64,000 nt of DNA from Macrostomum lignano (Eukaryota): the NCBI GenBank assembly GCA_002269645.1, contig NIVC01001784.1:1-64000 (forward strand), in the 5' to 3' direction. The notes below the pieces were generated by a model. That model had not been told where the DNA came from. It was given only the letters and a program-made list of their open reading frames with translations, and did not search any database. Shown piece after piece: positions 1 to 12,774 of the stretch; position 1 is the first letter of the stretch, and every line of letters begins with the position of its first letter. The position numbers and the translations under genes are program-made.

Positions 1-22
1 CCGCGAATAGGCCACGAGGCCC

Positions 23-1930
<1,908 letters not shown>

Positions 1931-2756
1931 GCTCCCTCGAAGTTTACGAACATCCCGCACGGTCCATGAATATCTCTACATGTATTGATACTCATAGAGC
2001 TTTTCGTTATACGAGTATTAGGATATAACGAAATTTACTCCTTCACTCCAAATTTACTCCAAGGACTACTCCTTCTACTTCAGTAGTCCTTGACTAATAG
2101 TTGAGCGCGTTTATTATTAGCTAACTTGCATCAACAACTAAAATTGATTGACTGATTGATTGAAACCTGCGAATCGTTTCCCCCTAAAGTCAAATAGATT
2201 CCTTTCTTCCGGCAATACGACCAGAGGGCAGCACTTGAATTTGACCGATGCCACCGCGGCCACCACGTTGGTGCTCTGCTAGCCACATGCAAAGCTTGCA
2301 GCTGTTTCATTTTTTGTCGATAAAACTTGGACCCCTGCTGCGATCGGTCAATTGCTCCTGGCGATTTGGATCAGCACTATCGACGAGAGATATTTTCTTT
2401 CCGAAAACTAAACGATCTAACCGGTACTCGTAAGTAAAGACACTCGGTTATTCTTTTTGATAATTTTTATACTTAGGAATTTGGAATTTACAAGCATAAT
2501 TTTATTTAATTTATTCACCTGGCATAAAAAATAGTTCGATACGCGGGTTATTCTAGAAGTTTTCGAGCTCAGCCCGATCACCGAGTGCTTGCAAGACTCG
2601 CTTCGACACTCATCACCGATTAGTTCTCTATTCAGCCTCTATATCAGACCCTAATTCTGATAGCTAGTTCGTCATTAGCAATGCCTGCAGTTTTTAACTT
2701 TGGATTTCTATCGGAGAAGAAAAACTTTTAACGTTGACAATCAAAAGTCATGACAA

Positions 2757-4013
2757 GTATTGCTTTTGTCCTGCTATGTGGAGCAGTGGCATGCAAAACG
2801 GAACGGTCCATAAGAATTCATGCCAAGCGGTTGAATTAACTTACAAAAGCAAACCATATATAGATAACCAGATTTTTTGCAATATGGAACGGTACGCGAT
2901 CTGCAGCGCATCGTCGCCGCCTTGCACGTGGACTGTCGATGAAGGGTTGTGACAGTGTTGTTAGGAGTATCCAATTTTTCTGTTCACCGCATTTGGTCAA
3001 CATTCTAAAAGACAAGACGGCGCAGGTTGGAAGCTGCCACTTAATTAGCACTAGCAGACACCACTTAGCAGACAGCTGCCAACAACTGGACCCTAAGCGA
3101 AACTGGGTAGTTTTTAATTTTATGTATGGCCCGAATTTCTATCGTAGCGTACGGAGATCCCTGAGAACCATCGGAACAGAACTTCAACACGAATCCTGAA
3201 GCAGTGCATGGCACTTAAGCAGTTGAGATTCATGTTAAAAATCGAGAGAGAGGCGGCTGAAGCCGTTGGGCCACGCAATCACTGCTGGAAAGTGCGCTGG
3301 GTTGGAGCTGCCCTGCAACAGATTGTTTGAATTGTCTCTGCAGCGACATCAGTTTTGAGAGTTAATTTTTGTAAATTTTGATGCTTTCAATCTGTGACAA
3401 AATATGCTTTATTGATTCAGTTTTTATTCTTTCTTTAAATGTGTAATAAACCACTGAAACGAGGAGATACTCTATGCAGAATCTCCGAGGCGAAGCCTCA
3501 ATATTTACAATATTTCCGGACCGCAGGCTTTGGCTCTAAGTCAACAATGGTCCGCCCCTGTACTAAACTTCTACGGGCCAACCACGATCAATTTCAGTTC
3601 CCCGACAAACAAGATGCAATAGTGATAGCAATAAAAAGTTGTAGACTAACGAACTAAAACAACTATAACTGACTAAACGCTTGTTTACCGTTTTAACGTT
3701 CAATAAATATACGTGTTCTTGTTTTACTATCAATTTTAAGTTTGTCTATGGTGGCGGAGTTAACGCTACCAATAATCTCCGCGAGCTTAACACTAGGGAC
3801 ATAGGCAAGGCGAACAGGCAAAGTTGATTAAATAGAACTCAAATCATTTATTCTATTCTGGCTCACCGTTCCATATTGCAAGACAAATCGGCTTATCTTA
3901 TGACTTGCTTTTGTAACTTTTGTAAGTTAATTCAACCGCTTGGCCATAGAATTCTAATGGACCGTTCCGTTTTGCATGCCCGCTGTTCCGTATAGCACGA
4001 CAGAAGCTATATT
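2757..4013. repeat. Inverted repeat pair (~135-150 bp arms) around a ~1 kb spacer; possible old MITE
   Basis: GGCATGCAAAACGGAACGGTCCATAAGAATTC...GCGGTTGAATTAACTTACAAAAG at ~2787-2850 recurs as its reverse complement at ~3910-3980. Similarity extends to GCAATATGGAACGGT on both arms. No clear TSD. Confidence 0.7.
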
Positions 4014-4774
4014 ATACTGAGATGTACGTTTCCATTTATTGACTTTACAAGTTCTGTATTAGTATGCTAGTAAGAATCGCAAATGCCACGTACTTGGTTG
4101 AATTTACCAAGTAAGCATAGTCGACCTATACTCAACAACATTAAAAAGTCGCCACCTTTGAGAGAGCGCAGTAAATTCTGGCTCAGTATTGACTTTTGAG
4201 TGACGCAACTTGCGCCACGCGACGCAGAGTTGGGCTGGGTGAGGAGGGATTGGGAAGAGCGGAGGGCGAAGATTGGATGGATTAAAGCTTCCGCCCGGTT
4301 TTCATTGTTTTTTAAAGCATTTTTTAATATTAAAATGGTTGTCCAGGTGATAGACACTGGTCAAAAGACACTGCCCACTGGGGCAAAGGGTAGTGACTTT
4401 TCAATGTTGCTGAGTATATCTTTTATTAGAGACAGGGGCTGTGTGCACCCTGGCGCACTTTAAGTGACATTGTCACACAAATTTTTTCAAGTCATGCGAC
4501 AAAATTGAAATTACATTTATTTCTATGAAGTTGAATTTTTGCTGCATCTCTAGCTTTTCTATCTAGCGTCGATGACGAATCTGAAATTACCAACTCGAGG
4601 CCCTGAATGAAATAATAGTTAAATGGTTTAAAAAAATAACTTAGTATTCGATAATATGGTTTTCCGTGTACATGTAATTATAATATTGGTAGCAGCTAAT
4701 TATTGCATTGTATTTGACTCAATCGACAGCGCCAGTGGTTGATAGCGATAACACAAGTCGCGTTCGTTCAAAGG

Positions 4775-7700
4775 ATGCAAGGCGCCCAGCTTCTCGTTTT
4801 CGCGCTGGCACTCAGCGCCTGCCCGATGGCAAATGCCGAAGGCTTGGGCACCAAAGTGGCCAAAAAAGCGTGGGACATTGTTCAAAACAAGCTGAACCCA
4901 AAGAGCAAGGCCGAGATGTACCAGAAAGCTGTGGACATTGTGTCGGACCACATCACCAAGTCTGCCAACAAAGCTGAGAAGCTAGCTAGTAGCTACATGT
5001 CGGCTGTGGACAAAGACCCCGGTGCTCTCATCACCAGGGAGAGCATGAAGAAGATCATAAGTGGCAGCTCATTCCTGCCGCAGAAGGCCGGCACAAGAAC
5101 GGTGTCTCTGCAGTCGGATCAAGGATTCAACGGTTTCACCAACTACCAGCCATCGGGTTGGAAGATCACCGAAACAATGAGCGGTCCTACAGATAAGAAA
5201 GAGGAGCCTTCAGAGACCAAGGAGCCCGTTTACACTTACCCGATGGGCCTCGGCCCGTTCTGCTCAACCAGTGCACGGAGAAGAACTACGACAAGACCAG
5301 CCCGTGCTACAACAGCAAGTTGTTCGACCTGCAAATCACGATCTGCTTGAATCAGATCGACGCAGCCAACTATATCGGGGTGGGCTTCAACGGCAGAGGC
5401 TACTACAATGCGCAGAGTAGAAGAGCCAGCCTGGTTCAAAGAAGCTGCTCAAACCGAGCAACCTTCATGGGATCGGACATTCCCGACACTATGAACATAT
5501 TCGGCATTTTTGAAACATTCGCCGAGACTAAGTCGTTCCAGTCAGCCGATGAGTATATGCAATACATCAGACATAAGGCTGGATTATCCAACCAAAAGAA
5601 CTTGTTCGCGAGCGAGGCCAGCAAATACGGCAAGGCCAGCGGAATCGGCTTTGATCTTGGAGGCGTTGGCGCTGCAGCGGGAGCTTTGATCGGCGCCAAG
5701 GCCGGCGGTCCAGCGGGAGCCGAAATGGGCGCGGGTCTGGGCGGGGCTATTGGTGGCACCATCAATGGAGGCAGCGGATCTGGGTCAGGAAACGCAAAGC
5801 AGAGCGAACGGAGCAACAGTTCGTCTGCAACCAGTCACTTCGAAGCTTCAGACAAATTTCAAAAGGCCTCGAATAATTTCTTCGCGATTATGTATGTCAA
5901 CGTTATTCTGTACGAGATCAGCTTGGATGAGGTGAAGCCAACAGATCTCAGTCTAGCCCTGCTTAAGGATTACATGAGCCTGCCAGTGTCCTATTTCTCC
6001 ATCGGTGCTGACGTCAAGTACCAGAACTTCCTGCTGCGTTGGGGCACGCACTTCATCCGTTCAGGAAAGTTCGGAGGCCAACTGAAAATTACGAAGAGAG
6101 CGAGATCGGATAAGGTTCAGTCAGCTCAGCAGTTTGCCAGCATTGCAGAGACCGAGTTTCAATCCATGTTTGCCACTCTGCAGTCAAAATACTCGCAGAA
6201 GGAGAGCGGAATTGCTATATTCTTCATCAACACGAAGAGCAAGGAGGTTGCGCAGAACAGCCAAGCCAAGGCAGGGTCTGAATACTCGAGCTCTATGAGG
6301 CAGACACAGAGCCAATCGCGTCAATTTCAGCAATCTGAGTTTACCCAGACAACCGTGGAGGCTCAAGGTGGAACTCCCGAGATTGCAGAAGCTCTCGTTG
6401 ACTTTTACACCCCTGCGTTCAAGCAGATTTACCACGATTGGCTGGCGTCCATTAAGGACTACGCTAAGCCGTTCGAGTTCCAGTTGAAAGCTATTGACGT
6501 GCTGTTTAACATGAACATGAACGACCTGTTTCCGGCTGGCAACATTGACTTCGGCTGCGTCAAGGATGGAGGCGGCAAAGCGAATATTCTCATCGAGCCC
6601 AAGACGAAACTTCGCTACTATATAGATGTTCAAACTCAGTTTTCCAACTCTACTAAGATTGAGGTAAAGAAAAAAGTCTATTGCAAGTACTCTAAGCTGG
6701 ACGACTTCAAGACAGATCTCGACAGGCGCAGAATCTCTTTGGAGAGGGCCATCGGGGTGTACATGGCAGAGGGGCCGTTTCCAACATCGACTTTCGAACT
6801 CAAAGGCGGTGAGCCAGGGTGCGAAGAGGCCACGCTTGGAGCACTGAGAGCGGCCAATAAGGGCAAGTCGGCTGTGCTCAAGTTCTCGGAGATGAAAAAG
6901 TACCCATTTCTTGTTACATTCGATTTACCAGAGGCAATCCCGGGCCTCATTCCGAAGCAGTCAAAGTTCAGACTCATCTACAGATCAGGCATGTGGTTTG
7001 CGACTGAGCCCACACAAACGACCATGCATCTGTACGATGGCTGCGAGATTCCAGAGTCCAAAGAGGCAAAGATCTGCTTCAGGAATATTATCATGACTTA
7101 CAATGAAGCGTCTGGATTTCTGCGCGTTGATGCGAAAGATTTCCGTGCGACGAAAGCCAGGATACCAGCTTTGCCAATCTGGCTGGCAAATTCCGTTGTT
7201 GCCAGGGTACAAAAGCTTGAAATTTCTGCAACCGCTAAGAACGATATGTATGGCGGCCGGGGTGCGGTTCCTTGCAACATCAAGTGGGTGAACTCGCATC
7301 GTCTTGACCCGCAGAAGGAAGAAAACTGCATTCACTTCACTGCCGCCACCTCAGGTGACATATTCGTCATACTTTCAGCCATTCCAAGGGACCATTCTAC
7401 CTGGTACTACCTGCAGATCAATCCCGAAGGTGTTTCGTTTTACCAGGCGATGGAATTAAAACGAAGGGACACTCAGAAAGGAATGGGAATCCTTGGCGAT
7501 AGCAACCTCTTTCAATCATTCTTCGTCTGTGTCGTGCAGAAGAAGGACAGAGTAACGATGCAGTACGGAAAGGCAGATCCCGTGAGCGAGGTCGGCACCG
7601 TGTATTCGGGTTATACATTTGCACCCGACAGCCAATTCAGCCGTTTGTCATTTTATACATTCGGGTCCGGTCGCAAGCCTGTGTCATTAATGGACATCCG

Positions 7701-10700
7701 TCTAACCCGAATGTTGCCCCAGGTGAAATGTTTGAGCAAAAACTACATCAATGTAGACGGGCACTGCGTTCTCGCGTGCCATTCGGAGTGCGATCAGTGC
7801 GATGTAGCCAGAGACAACAAGTCGTGCCGCCGGTGCAAGCACGTGCGAGTGGAGACTGGCAGCGGAAAGTTGAAAGTGACGGAGTGTTTCGCAGAATGTC
7901 CGCCTGGAACCACCTTGAAATCGTCTAAGACTGCGACTAAGAAGACTAAGGCTAAGCCGACTGGTCTGTGCGAGAAGTGTCCGGCAGGAACCTTCAAGAG
8001 TGGCGACGGAAACCAAAAATGCAGTCCGTGTCCCAAAGGAAAAATAAGCGACGCTGGAGCCAAAAGCTGCGTAGCCTGTGAAGCCGGAACCTTCAACGAC
8101 AAGCTTGGCCAGTCGAAATGCCAGCGCTGCGCACTCGGAACCTATTCAAGCGACGGTGCGGTGAGCTGCACAAAATGCCCTGTCGGGCACTATTCCGATA
8201 GTTTAGGCCAATCATCCTGCTTGCCATGCTCTTTTGGCAGCTTTGGGAAAGTCACTGGCCTGGCAAAGTGCACCCCCTGTTCGAAAGGATATTTCGCAGA
8301 CAAAAAAGGTCAATCAATTTGCTCAAAGTGTCCGGCCGGGACGTCCAGTGCCAAGGGCTCGATGACTTGCAATAACAGTTGCACGAAAGGCAAATTTAGC
8401 CCTCGAAAGGGTGAGCCGTGCAGGCCGTGTCCTCCAGGCACGTACGGCGACAGTGTGGGCTCTTCCGCTTGTTCGAAGTGCAAAAAAGGCACCTACCAGT
8501 CAAAGTCGGGTCGAACTTCGTGCATTTCAGCACCGATTGGTCACTACGTGTCGAAGGAGGGGGCCACTAAACCGTCTAAATGCGCAGCAGGATCATTTAC
8601 CGCTAAAACAGGAAGCATAAAATGCCGCCCGTGCTCTCCTGGAAGCTATGCGTCATCCACCGGCTCGACCGCTTGTAAAAAATGCTCGCGCGGCTACTTC
8701 CAGCCTTCGACAGGCCAATCGAGTTGCAAAAAAAGCGAGATATCATCATTATGTTAATCAGGAAGGAGCGGTGAAGGACACCCCTTGCTCTGCCGGTTAC
8801 ACGGCTGCTTCCGACCGCAGATCTTGCCACAAGTGCCGTCCAGGTACCTATGGCTCGGGAACAGGTCTTGGTTGCACAGGTTGCTCATGGGGTTCCTACT
8901 CAGGAAAATATGGAAGTTTGAGCTGCACCCCATGCCCAAAAGGCTATTATCAACCTAATCATTATGCAACTTCATGCATTCCCGCTCGGCGAGGCTATTA
9001 CATCAACCGTGTGGAATCAACATCTCCTGGCTCCCAATGCGCCCCTGGCTACTATTCTGATAAGCCGGGTCAGGCTTACTGCAAGCCTTGCCCTGCTGGA
9101 CAAAGGAGTGAGAAAACACGCGGATCGACCTCGTGCCGGTATTGCGGACCCGGTACTTATTCATCTAAATCTGGCAGCACCCAGTGCAAAAAATGTCCAT
9201 CGTCTGATTATGTCACTAATGCGGCCCGCTCTGCGTGTCACAAGTGTCCAGCCGGTTCTATCGCGCTGAGCCAGGACAGGAGAAAGTGTTTTAGTGAGCT
9301 TTTTTACTTCATTCTGATTCGAAGTTAGTCAAGGCCCTATAAAGTTCAGTATACTTATTATTCTAAATATATAAATACCAAAACTTTCAGAGTTTGGCGA
9401 GTGCTACTATCCTGGTAAAGACTTTGTTAGCACAAAGGTAAACCGTGCTTATGCTGGGCCGTGCCAGTCTTGGAGCGTGAAGAGCTGCTCCAAATACACC
9501 GAAGGAGTAAGTTGTCATACGCCAAACAAAAGGGTGCGTGAGGCTCAAGCAACGGGCAACACGTGTCGAATTATCGCCAAAGAAGGAGAAAAGAAGCCAT
9601 GGTGTTACACAAAAACAGCTACAAAATGGTCTCACTGCTCAATTCCTAGATGCGGAAAAAGTGAGTTGCTTGAATATTGATTACACTGCAGGGTAATAAT
9701 AGAGGAAAAACAACAGGAAGGCGTGTTCCGCAATGTTCTATTTTGCGTGACTAATGAAAACCCACTGTCTGGATTTTTATGATGTTAAGGTTTGTAGTTT
9801 AGAATTGATTCAATTTTAATATTTAGCAATGATTATTAAAATTTATTGCACTAAACGGAACCTATGCCGAAATTGTGTGAGAATTAAGTGCTTTGGGAAG
9901 CTCGCACCTTGTTTGTTGTTTGAAAAAGTAAAAACTATATGAGCCTAAATGGTAGCACAACAATTGCCCGAGACACCATTTTCTGCAATGCGTAGGGAAT
10001 GAGCGTAAGACTCTATGATGAATTCTATGATGAACTCTATGATGAACTCTTATGGTAAACTCTAGGGTAAACTCTATGGTAAACTCTAGGGTAAACTCTA
10101 TGGTAAACTCTAGGGTAAACTCTATGGTAAACTCTAGGGTAAACTCTATGGTAAACTCTAGGGTAAACTCTATGGTAAACTCTAGGGTAAACTCTATGGT
10201 AAACTCTATGGTGAACTCTAGGGTAAACTCTATGGTAAACTCTAGGGTAAACTCTATGGTAAACTCTAGGGTAAACTCTATGGTAAACTCTATGGTAAAC
10301 TCTATGGTAAACTCTATGGTAAACTCTATGATGGTAAACTCTATGGTGAACTCTATGATGAACTCTGTGGTAAACTGTATGGTAAACTGTATTTTAAACT
10401 CTATGGTAAACTTTATGATAAACTGTATGGTAAACTGTATGGTAAACTGTATGGTAAACTGTATGGTAAACTGTATGGTAAACTGTATGGCGAACTCTAT
10501 GGTAAACTCTATATGGTAAACTCTATGGTAAACCTTATGGTAAACTGTATTGTAAACTGTACGGTAAACTCTATGGTAAATTATGGAAAACTCTATGCTA
10601 GATTCGTTCTCATAATTGTTTTTGCAAACTACCACCGTGGATTCATGCGCTATAATATTACAGAACTGAAGGAGTGCTACAGACTTGGCAGCACAGATTA

Positions 10701-10932
10701 CGTCTCGGGCATCAGCGTGACGGAGAGTGGCAAGACCTGTCAGTCATGGGAGATTCGCACCTGCCCATCTGGCACCAGCGGCAAAACCTGCCACGAGCCT
10801 AGCAGCGCAGTGAAGCGTGCTAAAAAGATTGGCAACACCTGTCGGATTGTTCCCGGCGATTCAGCCAAAAAGCCGTGGTGTTATACTACTACGAGTAAGA
10901 AGTGGGAGTATTGCAAAATTCCGCAATGCTGA
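4775..10932 (+). CDS. Secreted MACPF (perforin-like) mosaic protein: signal peptide - MACPF - FAMeT-like domain - furin-like repeat - ~26 GCC2/GCC3-type Cys repeats - 2 kringles (~1,685 aa after repairing two frameshifts)
   Basis: Exons 4775-9293, 9391-9660 and 10664-10932, with GT-AG phase-1 introns. Signal peptide MQGAQLLVFALALSACPMANA. Exact MACPF signature WGTHFIRSGKFGG (6040-6078), followed by VEAQGG, WLASIKDYAKPF and RRISLERAIGVY. Repeats of CxxCPxGxY/F type span ~7970-9290. Kringles ECY..CQSW..NTCR..PWCYT..W..C.IP.C occupy exons 2 and 3. Frameshifts at ~5260 (one base missing) and 8728-8734 (A7 where A6 is needed). Confidence 0.9.
5362..6765 (+). other. MACPF domain within the mosaic gene
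   Basis: Signature Y/W-G-T/S-H-F/Y-x6-GG is matched exactly. Two long Ser/Gln/Lys-rich segments sit where TMH1 and TMH2 are expected. Confidence 0.9.
7270..7705 (+). other. Farnesoic acid O-methyltransferase-like (Methyltransf_FA-type) beta domain within the MACPF gene
   Basis: IHFTAATSGDIFVILS..WYYLQI..GILGDSNLFQSFFVCV..MQYGK resembles the F-x-V-x-A-x-x-D-x-H/F-I-x-L ... Y-E-I ... F-W-I ... V-G pattern. Recognised by eye, not by HMM. Confidence 0.55.
10010..10580. repeat. 12-bp minisatellite (GGTAAACTCTAT/G) in intron 2 of the MACPF gene
   Basis: Directly visible tandem array; it accounts for the MVNS/RVNS and EFTI ORFs. Confidence 0.95.
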
Positions 10933-11776
10933 ATGATTAACCTTTACTGGAGACGGTTTATAGTTGACGACTCAAAAATCATAAAAACTGGAAATTTTCT
11001 CTTTTGGCTTTTTAGTTTTCTCTATTTATTTCGTAATTTTACCGGGTTTATTTACGAGCGTAGTTTTTTTTCAAAGGTATTATCATGTTCTTATCTATAT
11101 TTAATGCTTTGCTGCCAATTCCCATAAGTTTTCCCCCTTAATAAACTGCGACGCTTGTCTAATATTCCTTTTGACTCGTCTCTAGACTGCGGTTTGAGGC
11201 TAATTTTTCGTTGCAATATAATAAATGCAAAACAATACAATTGAGCTTTTTAATGCCTTAGATCATTTTTTCTATTATAAATACGCGGATACCTATGATG
11301 GGTACATGTACTTAGATGCAATAAAGAATTGGTTTACGCTTCATGTTTCATGCAGTTAGCTAATATCGAAGTCCAGCCACGTGACGCTGGAGAATTTTCT
11401 GCTAAGATTTGCCAGCAAATGCATTTTTCCTGCAGCGCATTTGGCAGCTAGATTCTGTCTGCATTGCCTCCCTAATGCTTAAGTAAGTAATAGATTTAGC
11501 CGATCAAAACGTTTTGATAGTAACTGCATATCCAATTCATATTTTTGTAGGTATTCAGTTCTAATACATGCAGGAGTACATCGGTGAGCTATTAATTCAT
11601 GCATATGCCGTGGCGCTTTGTCGCCAAAATCTCTTTATTAAGACTTACGCGGTACTAGCATTAGAGGGGGGTTGCAATGCAGACAGAATCTGCTGCTGCG
11701 TGGCCAAATGCTCTGCAGAAAAAAGCATTGCGGGCAAATCTCGGCGGGCAATTCGTCTGCGGACAATTCTCGTGCT

Positions 11777-12774
11777 GGGATAACGACGTTTGCCTGCGCG
11801 ACGTTTGCCTGCGCGACGTTTGCCTGCGGGACGTTTGCCTGCGGGACGTTTGCCTGCGGGACGTTTGCCTGCGGGACGTTTGCCTGCGGGACGTTTGCCT
11901 GCGGGACGTTTGCCTGCGGGACGTTTGCCAGCCGACGTTTGCCAGCCGACGTTTGCCAGCCAACATTAAGTCAGTGAGTGAAAAAATTTGATACTGAAAT
12001 TTTCGCAGTTTGTTTTTTAGCCCAACTTTTTGGCGGTTCTTCGCATGTGTAAAAGTTCGAAAACGAAATCTATACAAATCATGCAGTTCATCAATCTAAC
12101 ATCTAGTTTAACAAAAAGTTCTTTGGATGTGAAAATATTATAAAGTTTACTTCTGACAGCTTTGTATCGCTTTTCCCAGTTTCTATTCCCATTTCCCAGT
12201 TCATTGGGAGATCCAAAAGTAAGTGAATTAATTCCAATGCAGCTTGTCAAGTGCACGCTGTCATGGCCAAACTCCATTAAGCAGAGTTTGGCTTTTGAGT
12301 TAAGTATAAATAGGCGAGACTAAGCCTATACCATTATGGATGTCTCAGTCTTTTCCCATTTAGCTTGTAAACACTTAGCTTGGTTGGCCACTTGAGATGG
12401 AAAGGGCCATTCCATGGCATACATAGACATCAATTGTGACATTGGAAACTCCTATTTTGTATTTTTAGCTTTCTATTTAGGCAGACAAGATCAATTACTT
12501 CAATAAGCCTGGACAGTAGTTTGTTAGTAAACCTGTATATTTAATAGCAGTTGTAGGGAGCAAGGTGGAATTAGATTAGTGCTATGTCCTCAGTTTTCAA
12601 ACGCAAGTACATGTAAGCCTAGAGAGGGCATTACTTCTTTAACCAATTGCCGCCTGTAAATGTCCGGTTGGCAAACGTCGGCTGGCAAATGTCCCGCTGG
12701 CAAACGTCGGCTGGCAAACGTCCCGCAGGCAAACGTCGGCTGGCAAACGTCCGGCAGGCAAACTTCGTAGACCC
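11777..12774. mobile_element. 998-bp non-autonomous DNA transposon with tandem-array TIRs and an 8-bp TSD (Merlin- or MULE-like)
   Basis: Termini GGGATAACGACGTTTGCC and (reverse complement) GGGTCTACGAAGTTTGCC. Inverted arrays of the 15-bp unit GACGTTTGCCTGCGG lie at ~11785-11960 and ~12660-12765. CTCGTGCT is duplicated at 11769-11776 and 12775-12782. Confidence 0.85.

Noticed and set aside
5320-8757. The listed 1,145-aa ORF as a complete stand-alone gene starting at TTG
   Set aside because: The signal peptide lies upstream in another frame and the Cys-repeat register continues downstream in another frame, so this ORF is the middle of one frameshifted gene.
9860-10010. Cys-containing, coding-looking stretch in MACPF intron 2 (RNCVRIKCFGKLAPC..NGSTTIARDTIFCN)
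   Set aside because: It needs a frameshift, has no convincing splice sites or domain match, and exons 2 and 3 join in frame without it.
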